Positions 1 to 12,658 of a stretch of DNA of 64,000 bases are shown one piece after another. The DNA is from Tubiluchus corallicola (lineage: Eukaryota > Animalia > Priapulida): assembly GCA_030141605.1 (NCBI GenBank), contig JAQGDQ010000021.1:1213688-1277687 (forward strand), written 5' to 3'. A program made the translations under genes and the position numbers. The notes beneath the pieces are model-generated. The model had not been told where the DNA came from. It saw nothing but the letters and a program-made list of their open reading frames with translations, and ran no database searches. Within the stretch, counting starts at the first letter, position 1, and each line of letters starts with the position of its first letter.

Positions 1-3
1 AAC

Positions 4-149
4 ATTAAAGGGCTAGGGGGGCCTTATTTATGCCCACAAAAGTCATTTAATTAAACACACATAGACAAAGACCATTTATCATCCATACTGATTCCTAGTA
101 AGCCAAATGACTTTTGGGGACATAAATAAGGCCCCCATAACCCCTTAAT
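4..149. mobile_element. Small fold-back MITE-like element with ~45-bp terminal inverted repeats
   Basis: Left arm ATTAAAGGGCTAGGGGGGCCTTATTTATGCCCACAAAAGTCATTT (4-48) is a near reverse complement of AAATGACTTTTGGGGACATAAATAAGGCCCCCATAACCCCTTAAT (105-149), separated by a ~55-bp spacer. Confidence 0.65.
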
Positions 150-321
150 TTTCAGGTCAGAGATCGGCAGCAATCTGGTTCTTTGAAGTAGTATCTTTGA
201 GCTACTAAATGAGCATGTCAAATCTGTTGCCTCTCTTCGTATGATTAAACGTCCTGGGCTCCTGGTCTGTTATCAACCTGCCATTAATACTGACACACAC
301 AGTCACATAATTTAGCTGTAG

Positions 322-860
322 CTAATAATTTAGTATTAGCCACAAATGTGCTATTGCTTGTAACCCGTTAATTATTGATTCACAATGAGCAAATGCAAGC
401 TTCCCTTTTGAAATGCAGGCTGTTGTGTTATCCTGGCTGAATGTTGTGTTGTCACTTTCGTCTATACTTTCCTGTGTTCCAAAATAAACATCAATGGAAT
501 CCATTAAATTTCACACGGAAGACAGAAAGTCACATTGCTGCTGCATTGCCACGCCAACACAGTCGCCTGCAGTCCAAAAGACAAACTTTCCTCAAAATTT
601 GCATGTTGGTTATTTATGGCAGATAACAGATACCACTTGACATCTGCCCGAAGAATTTTAATCATCGACTGAACCGCTGATTGCTTACCTAAGCCATCTT
701 GATAAGATGAAGTAGACGTAACTTTGGTTGCAAAAGGACTAATGGTGCACGAAGGTCCAACACAATGGAACTCATCAGAATGTGAAAAGTCCATTGTTAC
801 GTCATGTGCCACCTCTGCAACATTTGACAAAAACAACATATTCACCACAAAGTACATCAC
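322..860 (-). pseudogene. Possible decayed transposase fragment (Mutator-like N-terminal region)
   Basis: Two abutting minus-strand ORFs (504-860, 322-504). H/C..C, GLG and, with a frameshift, FGLQATxVGVAMQQQCDFL resemble the N-terminus of metazoan Mutator-like transposases. Recognition is weak and from memory only. Confidence 0.25.
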
Positions 861-2896
861 AGCACTTATACCAGCTATGTTTGCGTTTATTTAATCTAAC
901 GAAACGTCCACCATTCACGGTGTAGGCCCCCGGGCATAGTAAGTTCAGCTCCTCGACTTCGCTTTAAGGCCCAGGCAGTAATTTAGCAAGAATTTCAACT
1001 GATGCAAACTTTTCCGTTTGGAGTTTTCGCGAACTGGCCAAGCATGATATCAGACTCGTCCTGGGCCGATCTTACGATAAATTACTAAATTTCTACAGCA
1101 CGATCTAATCGTCGTATATTATTTCGCAATGATTTCGCCATTCGTACATATATAGTTATATATACTATTGTAACGCTGTTATACATATATAAAACAAGTA
1201 TATTTTACATTCAAAATGACGCAATAACTCTTATGTCGGCATGTATGGCGGCACCTCAGCTGTTTATAACACAAGTAAAAGGTCAAAGCAATGAAGTTTC
1301 CTGACTAGTCACAATGGTTTTTCATTAAGTTTTGCAATTAATATACAATGTTAAGCTACAAAGTTATCAGTCATTCAAGATAAACCGATGATAAATTACA
1401 ATTGCGATAGCATGATGGTCAAAAACCGCTAGCATTAATTCCATAAAGATTCCTTAGGTAAATGTGACTTACCCAAAAATAAACAAACAATTATAACACC
1501 AGCAACAAAGCACAAAAAATAATAAACGTAGGTAAAACCATTGCTGCTCATGGCCACAAACTGCAAAACGAGTGTGTTGAAAGTTAAAACCTAAAATGCA
1601 AGGCAACTAGCAGTTCTAAACTAAGCCATAAATTTGATCATCTATACGTAACTTTTACTTTGCTATAACTCGGGCATCGTTACAGTTCAGGAGTTCGGTT
1701 TTGATCAGATCAATAAATCAACGAAACTGTGTCACATACAACAGTATTTTTGTCAACTCACTGGTATGACAGCGTAATAATATCTTATAGTTAGCAGAAA
1801 AGTAATGCCAGTGATAACTGTCAGGACAATTCAACATTAAATAACCTGTCAGTAAGGTAACAACTATCAATAGTGCTGGTATGTAGTGTAAGTGTGCGGC
1901 AGATCATTAATTTTTAAGCCATACTACTTTTACTAAAATTAGCTTGCTTTTTGTGCCAGTTCTGTTGATAACTTATACTATTTTTCGTACCTTGTACAAT
2001 TTCTTACAGAACTCATAATAATCTAAAAATTATCAGGTATAATCAGTAATAAGTTATTTTAGGCGTAACTTGTAATAATTTTTGTTTTTGTTTATGTTTT
2101 TTTAAGTTTAGGCAGATATAAAAAAGACGTGTAATAGATTGCTCTGCATTGTAGAACATACAAAGTATGTATGAGCTATAGTAAACTTCACACTTTGGCA
2201 AGTTTGTGACGTTTAAGTTTATCAGAAAATTGTAATGATTTGTTTTACTTACTGACAGCTTCATGCAAATAATTCAAAGTTTTGATATATTTTACCCACA
2301 ATATAAACAAATTGTATTTTATGTACCATAAACTACCATACTACCATATTAGCGCAATAACATATTTTGTCATAAAATTGTTGTCACAGTTTAAAAAAAT
2401 ATAGCAATAAACTTTTTGTACCTATATCTACATCTGACAACATAGTTGACGTTGTACCTTCATTCTTACAATAAAATTCACAGAAAGTTTTGTTTTTTAA
2501 AATTATTACTTTCCATTTTCCACAAACTTGCTACATTCATGTAAAACAATGAACATGATATCGTATATATAGTATTAGGATTTTTGGATGGTAGTGGTGA
2601 TGACGATGACGACAACAACAAAAACAATCATGCTTTTTTGTTATTTTGGATATTGAAAATTTGTCTTACTATTGCGTAAAAGCTGGCATGAATGTACAAA
2701 CTCAGTGAAAAAGATCAATAAATAAAAAATTGTCTTTATTGTAAACATGTTTTCATTCACCATTTATAAAGTCAGTCCACATGAAGATAAAATTACACTT
2801 GCGTGCCAGCAGAAACAAAATTAATACTTGATAAACTAACGGTGTATGGTGTCTTTCACCACAACCACACTTTGCTTCTGAACCCATTCAAATTTA

Positions 2897-3112
2897 ATGT
2901 CCATGATTGCGATGACGACTACGTTGGCTAGTGACTGAAGATGACGATAATGATCACTAGGATGATAACAGCGACAATGACGACAACGACAATAATGATA
3001 ATGATCATGCATGCTGATGCTATTGATGATGACCATCATTAAAGTGATGACGTTAATGATGTTGTTGCTTACATTAAATAATGGTACTAGATATAACAGT
3101 AATGATGATATC
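2897..3112. repeat. Degenerate (GAT/GAC/AAT)n trinucleotide tract just downstream of the POMK-like stop
   Basis: Runs such as gatgacgataatgatc and gacaatgacgacaacgacaataatgata. Confidence 0.6.
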
Positions 3113-3127
3113 ACATGCTGTAGGGCC

Positions 3128-6100
3128 TCACAGATACCGACTGATCATTTCTCTATAGTCCTCCTCCCCATATAAATCTTTGTATATGTGCAGCAGTGTT
3201 GTTAAGCTTTCCTTTAATGTAGGCCGACGTTTCGGATTCAACCGACATTTTTCTTTCAGCAATGTCAGTCTTTCTTTTATCACTTTCGTAGCAGGAATAT
3301 CCCCAAGAAAGTGATTTAATACTGGAGGAATCTTCCAAACGTCCAAACTCATGTGTGTCTGGGAGAGATCCCGAATGCAAGGCTTGTCATCCGGCTTGCA
3401 CCCTACGTCCGTAAACATGTCAAACTCCGGAGCAGTAAAAGACTCGTTCCTGAAAAATTTATTGTGCCATGGATCAATTCCTAGAGAATAAATCGAGTCA
3501 AGATCACCTAGGACCAGTCTAAGGTCATCTGTGATGAAATACTGAGAAAGCAGTTGTCCAAAGTGATTTGTGTCTGGGTAGTAATACCCATTTGAATACA
3601 ACAACACTTGAATGATTAAATAGTCAATGCAGAAGCGAAGTCGTATTTTCGCTTCTTTCTCTTTCGGTAACTCTAGCAACTTGAACGCGTCCTCTATGCT
3701 CCTGGCATCTCCATACTTTAAGTACTGCATGACCAGACTGCGACTGTCATCACAGTATCCGAGTAATTGTAGCAAGCGTGCATCGGGTTGAAACAGTCTG
3801 TAGTTCTGAAGCATCTCCGGCCAAAGAAACATTGGACTTTTCGAATCAGTAGGATCAAGCGATGTTACAATGACTATATGTCCATCCCAGCGGGCTTTAT
3901 AGAACTGCAATAAAAAATGTAGAAAAAACATTTAAAATTCGGATTTTATGACATCCGAGTAGAAGAAAATTTCAATTTGACGAACAATTGGACGACTCCT
4001 ATCAGAAAGACTACACAACTGTCGAACGATCAGACACATGAATATTTATGAAACCTAATAATGGGTAACAAGAATCTATGCTTTTGTAGAGACGTTACGT
4101 TATTGCAAACTTGAGCAGAAAGGTCTACTATGCCTTCATTTCGAGTAATTGTGACTGACACGTCTCGTCACTAAAAAGTTGTTAAATACGCGTACCTATA
4201 CGACCCAGAACCCCTCAGAACCAAGTGCTTCTATTGGCTTTCTACTTAACGTCCAGTTACAACTTTGGACCAGCAATTTTTAATATCTCATGCATCTAAC
4301 GAGTCAATTTTAGATATTTTGTCTTGTATCTAGTTTCTTACATCTTGCACCCAGAATTCTTCGGTTAGGAATTGCATAAGCCCAAAAAGTCCACATGTAG
4401 TTTCACATAAGTGACATGACGTATGATGAAGCTAAGTTAATGTATGCACTAATGATAGACGCATGCATTACGCACTATCTAGTAACATACGCTAGAAGCG
4501 TCTTCAGAAAAATGGTTTGTAATATGTCAGCAATTTGCTTGACGATGCATCAGTGGTCAAACGACTGAACAACGTATTTTGCTGCAACTTTGGACCTATT
4601 GTTCTAATTGGATATTCAATCACTGCTTCTGCAAAGTATTAATTAAAAATGAAGTGCTATTCCCTTCGTTGGTCCAAGATTTTATCATCAGCTGCAAATT
4701 TTTTTGCCTGAAATTGTAATTCAGCTGGACTTGAAAAGATCTTGTTCCACTGAATGCACAAACTTTGACACTTTTCCGAAGATATTTATCGGAACTTACA
4801 ATTGGGTAAAAAAGTGCATCTCTTTAGTTATTGCTACAATAACAATGACAGCACTTGGGTCGTAAACTCACGATTGATGTTGTACAACTGACCTTGACCT
4901 CGAATGCCAGCAACTCCGACCCTAATATTGTCAGTTCTGCTGACCCAATGGGCGACTCTACAAATCAGTATCTTGGTAGAATCGTTCATGAAGCCATGTT
5001 ATAGATGGATGTCCAATTTCAACGCCATAAACCGTGATCTTATTGTTTTATATGTAGTAAAGTTCATTTATGCAGAAGTTACAAGTGTAATTGCTTTAAG
5101 CCATTTCACAGTTCCAACGATTGATGTGATAATCGTGAAAAGGTCAAAGGTTAAGTGTACCAGACAACGCATTTGTGTTAACTTGGCATCGCCTCGCAGC
5201 ACCCAGGTATTGTAATAGTAACAGTTTTAACATGTTTTAACAGCTAGCTAGAACCTTGCCTATTTCATTTTTTCTTGTTTAAAAGCAAGATCCTGCTAGT
5301 AAATCAGTCTACGTGCGAACTAATGCGCAAGTTAAGTTAAGTCCACGTAAAACAACTGAAGTTACTGGACTGATACAGCAGACGAATTTGCTTTACCCAC
5401 ACGTCACGTGACGGTTGCAGTTAAGACGTGTTCCTTTGGTACATTTAACCTTTGATCTACAGCAAATGCGCGTGCGCACAACGAAACTGTGAAAGGGCTT
5501 GTTATGCAAAAATGAGTACATGTTCAATAAGTGTTTTTAGTTCCATGTACAATAAGAGAATGAATGACTAAATCACAATGAATGGGGTATAAGAAGGAAA
5601 AGAGTATGTGGAAATAAGAAACTAGTAAATAGTTAACTGAAACGTGATTAATAAAAATATTGTACCTTTTTGACCACGCCACCCCTGTTTTGAAAGACTG
5701 GCTTCTTTACAAGGTGATCTATCTCATCACAGCCCAGCAGTTTGTGGCAGTTTGTCATTCCAGGCAAAGAAAAGAAGCCAGTCAAACACAATGGCTGGCA
5801 CTCGGTGACCACGTCACTGAGAAAATTCTTTGCACAACGTTTTCCTGTAGAAAATTTCAATATCTCTTATAAGACTATAGACCTTATTAAGGCGATATAG
5901 GTGATATATAGGTGATATATAAGACGATATTGCAACATATATATTTTTTTAGCTTTTGGCTGTGCAAATTACAAGTTTATAGTTTTAGTAGTTTTTAAGT
6001 TATGACCAAACAAACGGCAGCAAAACCCGTTTACATCGCGGTCTTCACCACCATACAAAATAAAACACTGATAAAATTAAAGATAAAGATAAAAAATGGC

Positions 6101-7937
6101 ATTTAAACCTCTGGATTAAGCTATCTGGAATTCTCGTATAAAGAAACTGCTCGACGGCCGTTTATGACAGCAATAAATTTTTAGCGTTGAGACTGAATAT
6201 CTCTTAAAGAAGTGAGAAACTGTATCAGCTGTTGGACGGAAAACTGTGTCAGCTGTTGGAAAAAATGCCTTCGTGTAGCTTGCAGTGAGAATGGTGGACA
6301 CATAGAGCACTTGTTGCAAATTTTAATTAACAGTAGTGACAGACAAACTGTTGAGGATTTTTTTCCATTTTTTGTTTTAAAAATTTTCGTATCTTTAGAA
6401 ACGTCTACAGGAATGATCCAAAATTTTTACTGTTTATACCCGAACGTCTGCGAAAATCATTCTGGTAAGTTTCATGGGGATTTCTTCATATAATGTCGTG
6501 ATCAAAACTTCTGTATATTTTTTTTTTGCGCTACCTGACACAGTTATGTTAAATTTGCTCACTCCATTAATTAAGTGTTTAATATCGAAAAATTGCAAAT
6601 ATGTACAAGTCTTCTTTTAACAGTCTAATTGTAGTATCTCAAACAAGTCTGTTTCGTTAGACTTTAGATCTATAATCTGTATATTCTAATAATGAAAACA
6701 ACATAGCACTGGTTGTCATTTTGGCTTACTTAAATAATTTTAGTTAAATAAGTACGTCATAAAATGTAGAAAATATTTATTCAAATCTCATTTAGAAAGC
6801 GATTCTCTTCGTCCAAGTTACCTGGATAAGCTGTAACTGTTGAATTGGTGACTTCAGCAACAGATCTGTGTTTCTCAGCTTTGGAAATGTTCTGTACGTT
6901 AGCCATCTCTGCTATAAGCAAACAAATCGCAAATGTACAAGTTTTCAAAAAAAACCGCTGCTTATTATTTTGGGACTTTTGACTGGTTACTGAAATAGAA
7001 CCAAATTTTCATTGGCCAAATTTGTCCAGTCGCCCTTGGAGTGCTGGTGGGACGGTTGGGAAACACGGTGAAATAGTGATCAAATACATTTGCGCGTTTT
7101 TACCATGTAACCAGAAGATCCCTGATTCAAATCCAAGCTGTATGCCTACTCTTTCACAATTCCCTGTTTTTCAAGTATGGTATCGAAATATAATTAAATG
7201 TGGGTTTGTAGCATTACTACTTGGGTATAATTTATGAAGAATAAAGTTATAACTTTCCTAGACATATAAAGCAGAGTGAAAACAACATCATGGATTATTG
7301 GTTAAGGTCGCCAATGTAAAATGTAGTCACTCCTTTTCCATTTTTAGATCAACGTGTATTCATCAGAATATTTACAATTCCACACACAATTTTAATACCC
7401 TAACCCTAACTCTAGCCCAACCGAAATCCAACCCTTAACCCTATCCCTTAGCCAACCCCAACCCTAACACTAACCCTAATCCTAATCGTAACCTTAATTC
7501 TGATCGGCTTCACGAACTAATTTCTTGTTTGTGATGAATTGTAAACTTTAGCCGAATATTATTGTGTATACGCCAGCGACCTGAAGTTTCATTACTATAT
7601 TTCTGAAATCACGATCTATATTGTGATGACGCAATGTGGAAATAAATAAATTCCTGCACTCTAATTTTTAGGATCAGTGAAAGGTAGGCTTTCATTTGAA
7701 AGATTGCCTTAGACGATATTAACTACACAGACTTTTATACTCAACAAATATAAGCTTTTTACTATACCTATAATTAAAATGCACTTGCTGCACACTCGGT
7801 ATTGAAATTTCTAAAATAAATATACATAATATCTCACCATAAAGTAAACTAATAAGCAAAAAACCCACAACAAGACACAGAAGATAATGTATGTGGGTAA
7901 GACAGCTACAGCTCATAGCCGAAACACGCAAAGTCAT
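3128..7937 (-). CDS. POMK: Protein O-mannose kinase (POMK/SGK196)-like type II membrane kinase, 4 coding exons, ~381 aa
   Basis: Exons 7937-7838 (ATG, hydrophobic anchor YLLCLVVGFLLISLLY), 6911-6822 (stalk with NIS/NST sequons), 5844-5666 (CLTGFFSLPGMTNCHKLLGCDEI..GGVVKK) and 3904-3128 (LLGYCDD, DY, PDTN..LSQY, LGDLD, TAPE, DVWKIP, RP). All introns are GT-AG with phases 1,1,0, and the 1146 nt total is in frame. Motif order matches POMK. Confidence 0.88.
5097..5501. mobile_element. MITE family E, copy 1 (in POMK-like intron)
   Basis: TIRs AAGCCATTTCACAGTT / AACTGTGAAAGGGCTT and inner IRs GGTCAAAGGTTAAGTGTACCA / TGGTACATTTAACCTTTGATC. A homologous copy in opposite orientation is at 40619-40964. 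Confidence 0.75.
5940..6520. repeat. Interspersed repeat family A, copy 1
   Basis: Shares blocks (e.g. gttttagtagtttttaagttatg, gtgagaaactgtatcagctgttgga, ggtggacacatagagcacttg) with 33600-34170 (same strand) and 31170-32470 (opposite strand). Confidence 0.7.
7371..7553. mobile_element. MITE/HINE-like element with internal degenerate (CCCTAA)n, copy 1
   Basis: TTTACAATTC (7371) and GAATTGTAAA (7536-7545) form an inverted repeat around telomere-like hexamers. A second copy is at 34229-34380. Confidence 0.75.
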
Positions 7938-9764
7938 GTTTTATGGTATAAAATCAAAACACGAAAATCATATCACAATTGCATATCATAATGGGGCACA
8001 TACCTCTTACTTTTGTTAACTCGGACATCGTTACGGTTCAGGTGGTTTAATATTTCGTGCAGTGGTGACGAAACTATGTCACATGGATGTCTACTTACTG
8101 AAATCGTATCATACTCACTGCTTAGTAATAAACTGGCACAAGGTAGCAGCAATACGGGGGCAATAATAGTAGTCCCTGTTATGTAATTATGATGCTTCAC
8201 AGCTCAGAATTTCTCTCCCAATGAAAAAGTAATGGAACCGGCTGGCCGCTTCGGCTTTGGCTAGTACGTAATTTAATCGTGCCTAAAAGCTAACGCTGAA
8301 GCCGGTTTTTTGTACTTTTTACCATTGCTGCTAATCCGCTGGACTTTTGATTACCTGTTTGGTTGTTTAGTTGCCCAGGCAAGTTGCTTGTTCGTTTCCT
8401 GGATTCCTCATCTGCCTACCTATTTCATATTATCTGTGTTTTTGTGTTTGCTTGTTTTTTGTTGTGTGATTGGTTTGTTGATTTATTGCTAATGGTCCAC
8501 TGACTGGTTGGTCAATCGGTCATTGATTGGTCGGTCAACAGGTCATTTAATTGAATGTTCAATAGTTGAGCGACTGGCTTATTAATTGACCTTGTTTAAG
8601 CTTTCTCTCTTGCCTGCACATTTGTTTGTGAGTTTGTCTGTCTGTCTGTCTGTTTGTTTGTTTGTTTGTTTACTTTCTTAATTATTTGTTTGCTCATCAA
8701 CAATTATGGTGCTGTAAACACTGATAAAAATTTTACACGCAAATACTTTTCTTTAGCTCGAAGAGAAGTTCATATAGCTAAGTCATTAAAAATTGGATTG
8801 TCAGGTAGTAAGGCGCCAAAACTTTAATAAGCTGGTTACATAATCCAATCATATTTGAGACTCATTCATTTAGCAATGTTAAAAGTCTCTGTAACTTAAA
8901 ACTACAATTTATTGTTCCTCTTCTCAATAGGTGTAAGCCGTATGAAACATACAGTGCGACCATGAACTAAAAATACCTAGAGCGTATCGATCCGCCGCAA
9001 CACACCTATAATGAGTTTTCAGGTACATAACATAAACCTGCTTACCAAGCCTGTTTTTTCTACAAATTTCACTGAGGTATCTCGGATATGCGGCGCAACA
9101 AACATTGTAAATTACGCTTTTTTACAACTTTTGCCAAACTGCGAAATAGAAGAGTATGAGTATGAAATAAGATGAGCGAGTCCTCGAGCACATCATTTCC
9201 AAATCAGGTGAGTCATTTCGACAAAATAAGGTAGATCCAATTTGCGTTACTTTCGACTTGGTATTTCAGTAGACCTAGTCATTGGCAGTATTTTGATATT
9301 AGTGACTTTAGTAATGCAGTAGACATAATTATAATGGCAGCATTTAAAGCCTAATTATAGTTCGTTATCAGGGGCCATTTTAGATACAGTAACTGTCATA
9401 ATTATTAATGTGTTTAGTTTTAGTAAAAAGTATCACAAAGATTTCGAACGGCTATATGTACATAAATTGGGAATAAAAACCAGTTTGCAACTTCTGTTTA
9501 CAGCTGTATAATGCAACGCATTTGGATCATTTTTCTAAAAGTTTAAGTCACAAAAAATACTTGGTTTGTCTGCAAATGTTTGAAATGAAATCATTTACAA
9601 ATACAAATACTATCTTGTCTATTAGTGTAACTGTAACAAAAATGTAGGATAAAAGTTTTCAGCATTATAAGCTTATCTAATAAACTAGTATTACGTTAAC
9701 TGTTACATACGTGTTTGTTATATTCTTACAGGTGTAAAATCTCCTTCTTTACTACAAAGGTGCC

Positions 9765-12469
9765 ATGAAAAGACGTCGTCATCACGATGTGGATAAAGGA
9801 TGGTACGTTGTTCTTGCCGCGTTTCTGCTGCAAATGATATCTTTGGGAATGTCATTCAGCTGTGCAATTTACACCGTCTCCTGGCTGGACACCTTTGGCC
9901 AAACGAAGTCTGCAACATCTCTAGTCGGTTCTATCAACACGGCTACGTTGTTTTTCGTAGGTATGAAAGTAATAATGAAACCTACATGTATGAAAAGTTA
10001 AAACTGTTACACAGATCAAATATATATATATATTCTACTGGCATCGCAATATTAGCGTTTTGCAACTATTTGTTTTTTCAACAGGTCCTATAACAAGCAT
10101 TTTTTATTCAATGGTCGAAGCGAGGAAACTTATTATCTTCGCCAGTATATTAACTGCACTTGGTTGCGTGATGGCATCGTTCGCCACGTGTGTTACTATG
10201 CTTTATTGCTCATTCGGATTAATTACAGGTAACAATAAGGTATAAATCCTTTATGTTTATCAAAAATATATTTAAATTTAGGCTCCGGTGTATTTGGTTT
10301 ACAATAAATTGCAAAACAGTAGTAGTTCTTACAAAGACAAACAAAAGATAGTTATTCTAATTCATTTTAAGTAAGTTCACTTCAAGCTATGTAAATGTCA
10401 CTAAGATATATCAAGAGCAAAAAAATATTCGAGACCGGAGCGGCAAGTTGGGGGGTGGCTCCATCTGAGGGTTGCCCCCATTATTTCATTATCACTGAAG
10501 CCCCAAAAGTTCATAATCCGGCCCTGGCAGAAGTTATATTAGTTTACCAGTTTATCAAGACTAAACGTATTTAGTGTATACCGCTGAGTTTGCAGAAACA
10601 GACGGATATCTTGGCGGGATTTTTTCCTTTTTTCAAACATACTTTTTCTGTGGGACTACAGTACCATCTGATCAAAGTTTAATGTGAAATTCAATGCGGT
10701 ATCCAAGTGGGTAATAAATATCATCATGTTACCATTGCCGCTGCTGCTGCTGTTGCTGCCCAGAAATGTTAACTACTCAGTCGAGCTACTATAGTTATAT
10801 ACCCACACGTGACCACAGCACATACAGTTATATCTATTCCACTGCAGTTTGATGACCAATGTTTTGAAGAGTGTCAAGCTATACAGTTTCTAAAAATGCA
10901 AAAGTTAAACTCATTATAATGTGAATTCCCGCTTTTAATATATTCACCAAACTGATGTGTAATTTTATAGTAGAATATTTAGAACATTTATTGATGTAGA
11001 AACCGCTGGCTTTTTATAACTGATGCTTCGTATTTTTAATATATGTATATACTTTTATTATACTTTTTTAAATTTTCGTAACTTTTAAAAGTGCATGACA
11101 TGTAGTATTTTTTGGTTTTTAGTGTGGATTTTTAACTTTTACGTGACATTTGTAACTTTCACGCTGAAATACTTTGAATAAAAATAAAAAATTGTCTGTA
11201 TTGAAGGTGGTGGATTTGGCTTTCTCTTCACAGCCAGCAATGCTGTCATCAGTCAACACTTTGACAAATGGAAGTCATTCGCGTTTGGACTGGCGTCAGT
11301 TGGAACTGGTGCTGGTCCTCTAATTTTTGCCATTTTGCATCAGTACTTAATTGATGTCTTCGGATGGCGAGGAGCATTGCGAATCACTGCTGGAATCGTT
11401 CTGCAAGGATGCATCATTGGCGCTTTGCTAAAAAAATCTCCTACAGAAACCAATAAACGTTTTACAGATCATTTAAAGGTCACCTTTGACGCGTCTTTAT
11501 TCCGCCATTTTGGTTTCATCCTTCTGTGCTTATTTGACATCTTCAATGCATTTGGATCCAGTGCCGTGTTGATCCCTCTGCCAGACTACATCGTCTCAAA
11601 AGGAAGGTCCGCTGAAGAAGCGGCGAGACTTCTGTCTTATTGGGGCGTTGCGTGCGTTGTGGGAAGATGCTTTGGGGCCTTCCTGTCACAAACTAATTTC
11701 ATAAATATGTGCACCGTCCACATCTTGTATATAAGTAATCTAGTTTGTGGATGTTTTACTGCCTTGATTGGTCTACCAAATCTCACAATGGTCCTGTACA
11801 TCATACTGATTGTCGCTTTTGGATTAGCGTATGGCTTGATCTTCTCCGTGTGGTCAGCTGCCTTTGTGGATATATTTGGACATGAAAAGTTTCTTGGTGT
11901 GTTAGGCTGGCAAATGATCATGTACGGTGGAGGATACGTGCTAGGATCGCCATCTGCAGGTATGATAGATCTGACTAAATTACACTGCATCTTTAAGAAG
12001 TCTATTATGCAACCGAAATCCTAGATGTGACATAATGTTTAAACTTACTTAAAGCATTTTATTTCATTTCATTTTATTTTATTTTGTTTTACGTTATTTT
12101 ATTTTATTTATTTTTATAGAATTATAAACATCACTAGAATCATATAAAAATTTTCGAAACGTAGCAGACATAATAAAGTCTATACTGATTTTAAATTTGA
12201 TAGATTCAATTTGAATTTTATTAGAAATTATAATAAATTATTTTAAATGCAAATTTTTGCGAAAAGATCTTTTGAGAAAGTTTTTTCTTTTTGTAGGTCA
12301 CATAACTGACGTCACGGGTGATTTTAAATATGGTTTCTATTTAGCAGGAGCAATGTTTTTTACAGCAGGAGTTGCAGCTTGTCCACCGGCATTTTTGAAC
12401 GGTCATAATCGCGACCACCGTCCAGTACCAAATCAGGAAGTGGTCGAGGTATCAGAAGAACCTGCTTGA
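9765..12469 (+). CDS. Monocarboxylate transporter family (SLC16/MCT, MFS), 4 coding exons, ~421 aa
   Basis: Exons 9765-9960, 10085-10228, 11207-11959 and 12297-12469, all with phase-1 GT-AG introns (1266 nt). SLC16 signatures: DKGWYVVLAAF (TM1), HFDKWKSFAFGLASVGTG, LIDVFGWRGA, GHITDVTGDFKYGFYLAG. Possible 5' UTR exon at 8931-9022 and acceptor at 9730-9731. Confidence 0.93.
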
Positions 12470-12658
12470 AGCATAACTTGAGTCAGTAAACCCAAAATTT
12501 GCAGGTTGGGCTGGTCCTTCTACCTGTGCAAGTGGCAGCACTGAAGGGTCTTCAAACTCAGAAATTGTACAAGAAATGTTGAACAATTTTATCGAAGGTC
12601 CAGTGAATTCTACTATATATATATATTCAGTTACTTGACGCTATGTACTGGAGCTTAA

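Noticed and set aside
6116-6493. ORFs as extra POMK-like exons
   Set aside because: The region is repeat family A. The POMK-like frame is complete without it.
7060-7170. tRNA gene
   Set aside because: Only a degenerate B-box-like GATTCAAATCC with no cloverleaf. At most a SINE remnant.
7395-7500. True telomere or chromosome-fusion scar
   Set aside because: The hexamers are degenerate, short and enclosed by IRs shared with a second dispersed copy.
11637-11990. 117-aa antisense ORF
   Set aside because: Shadow of the SLC16 exon on the opposite strand.
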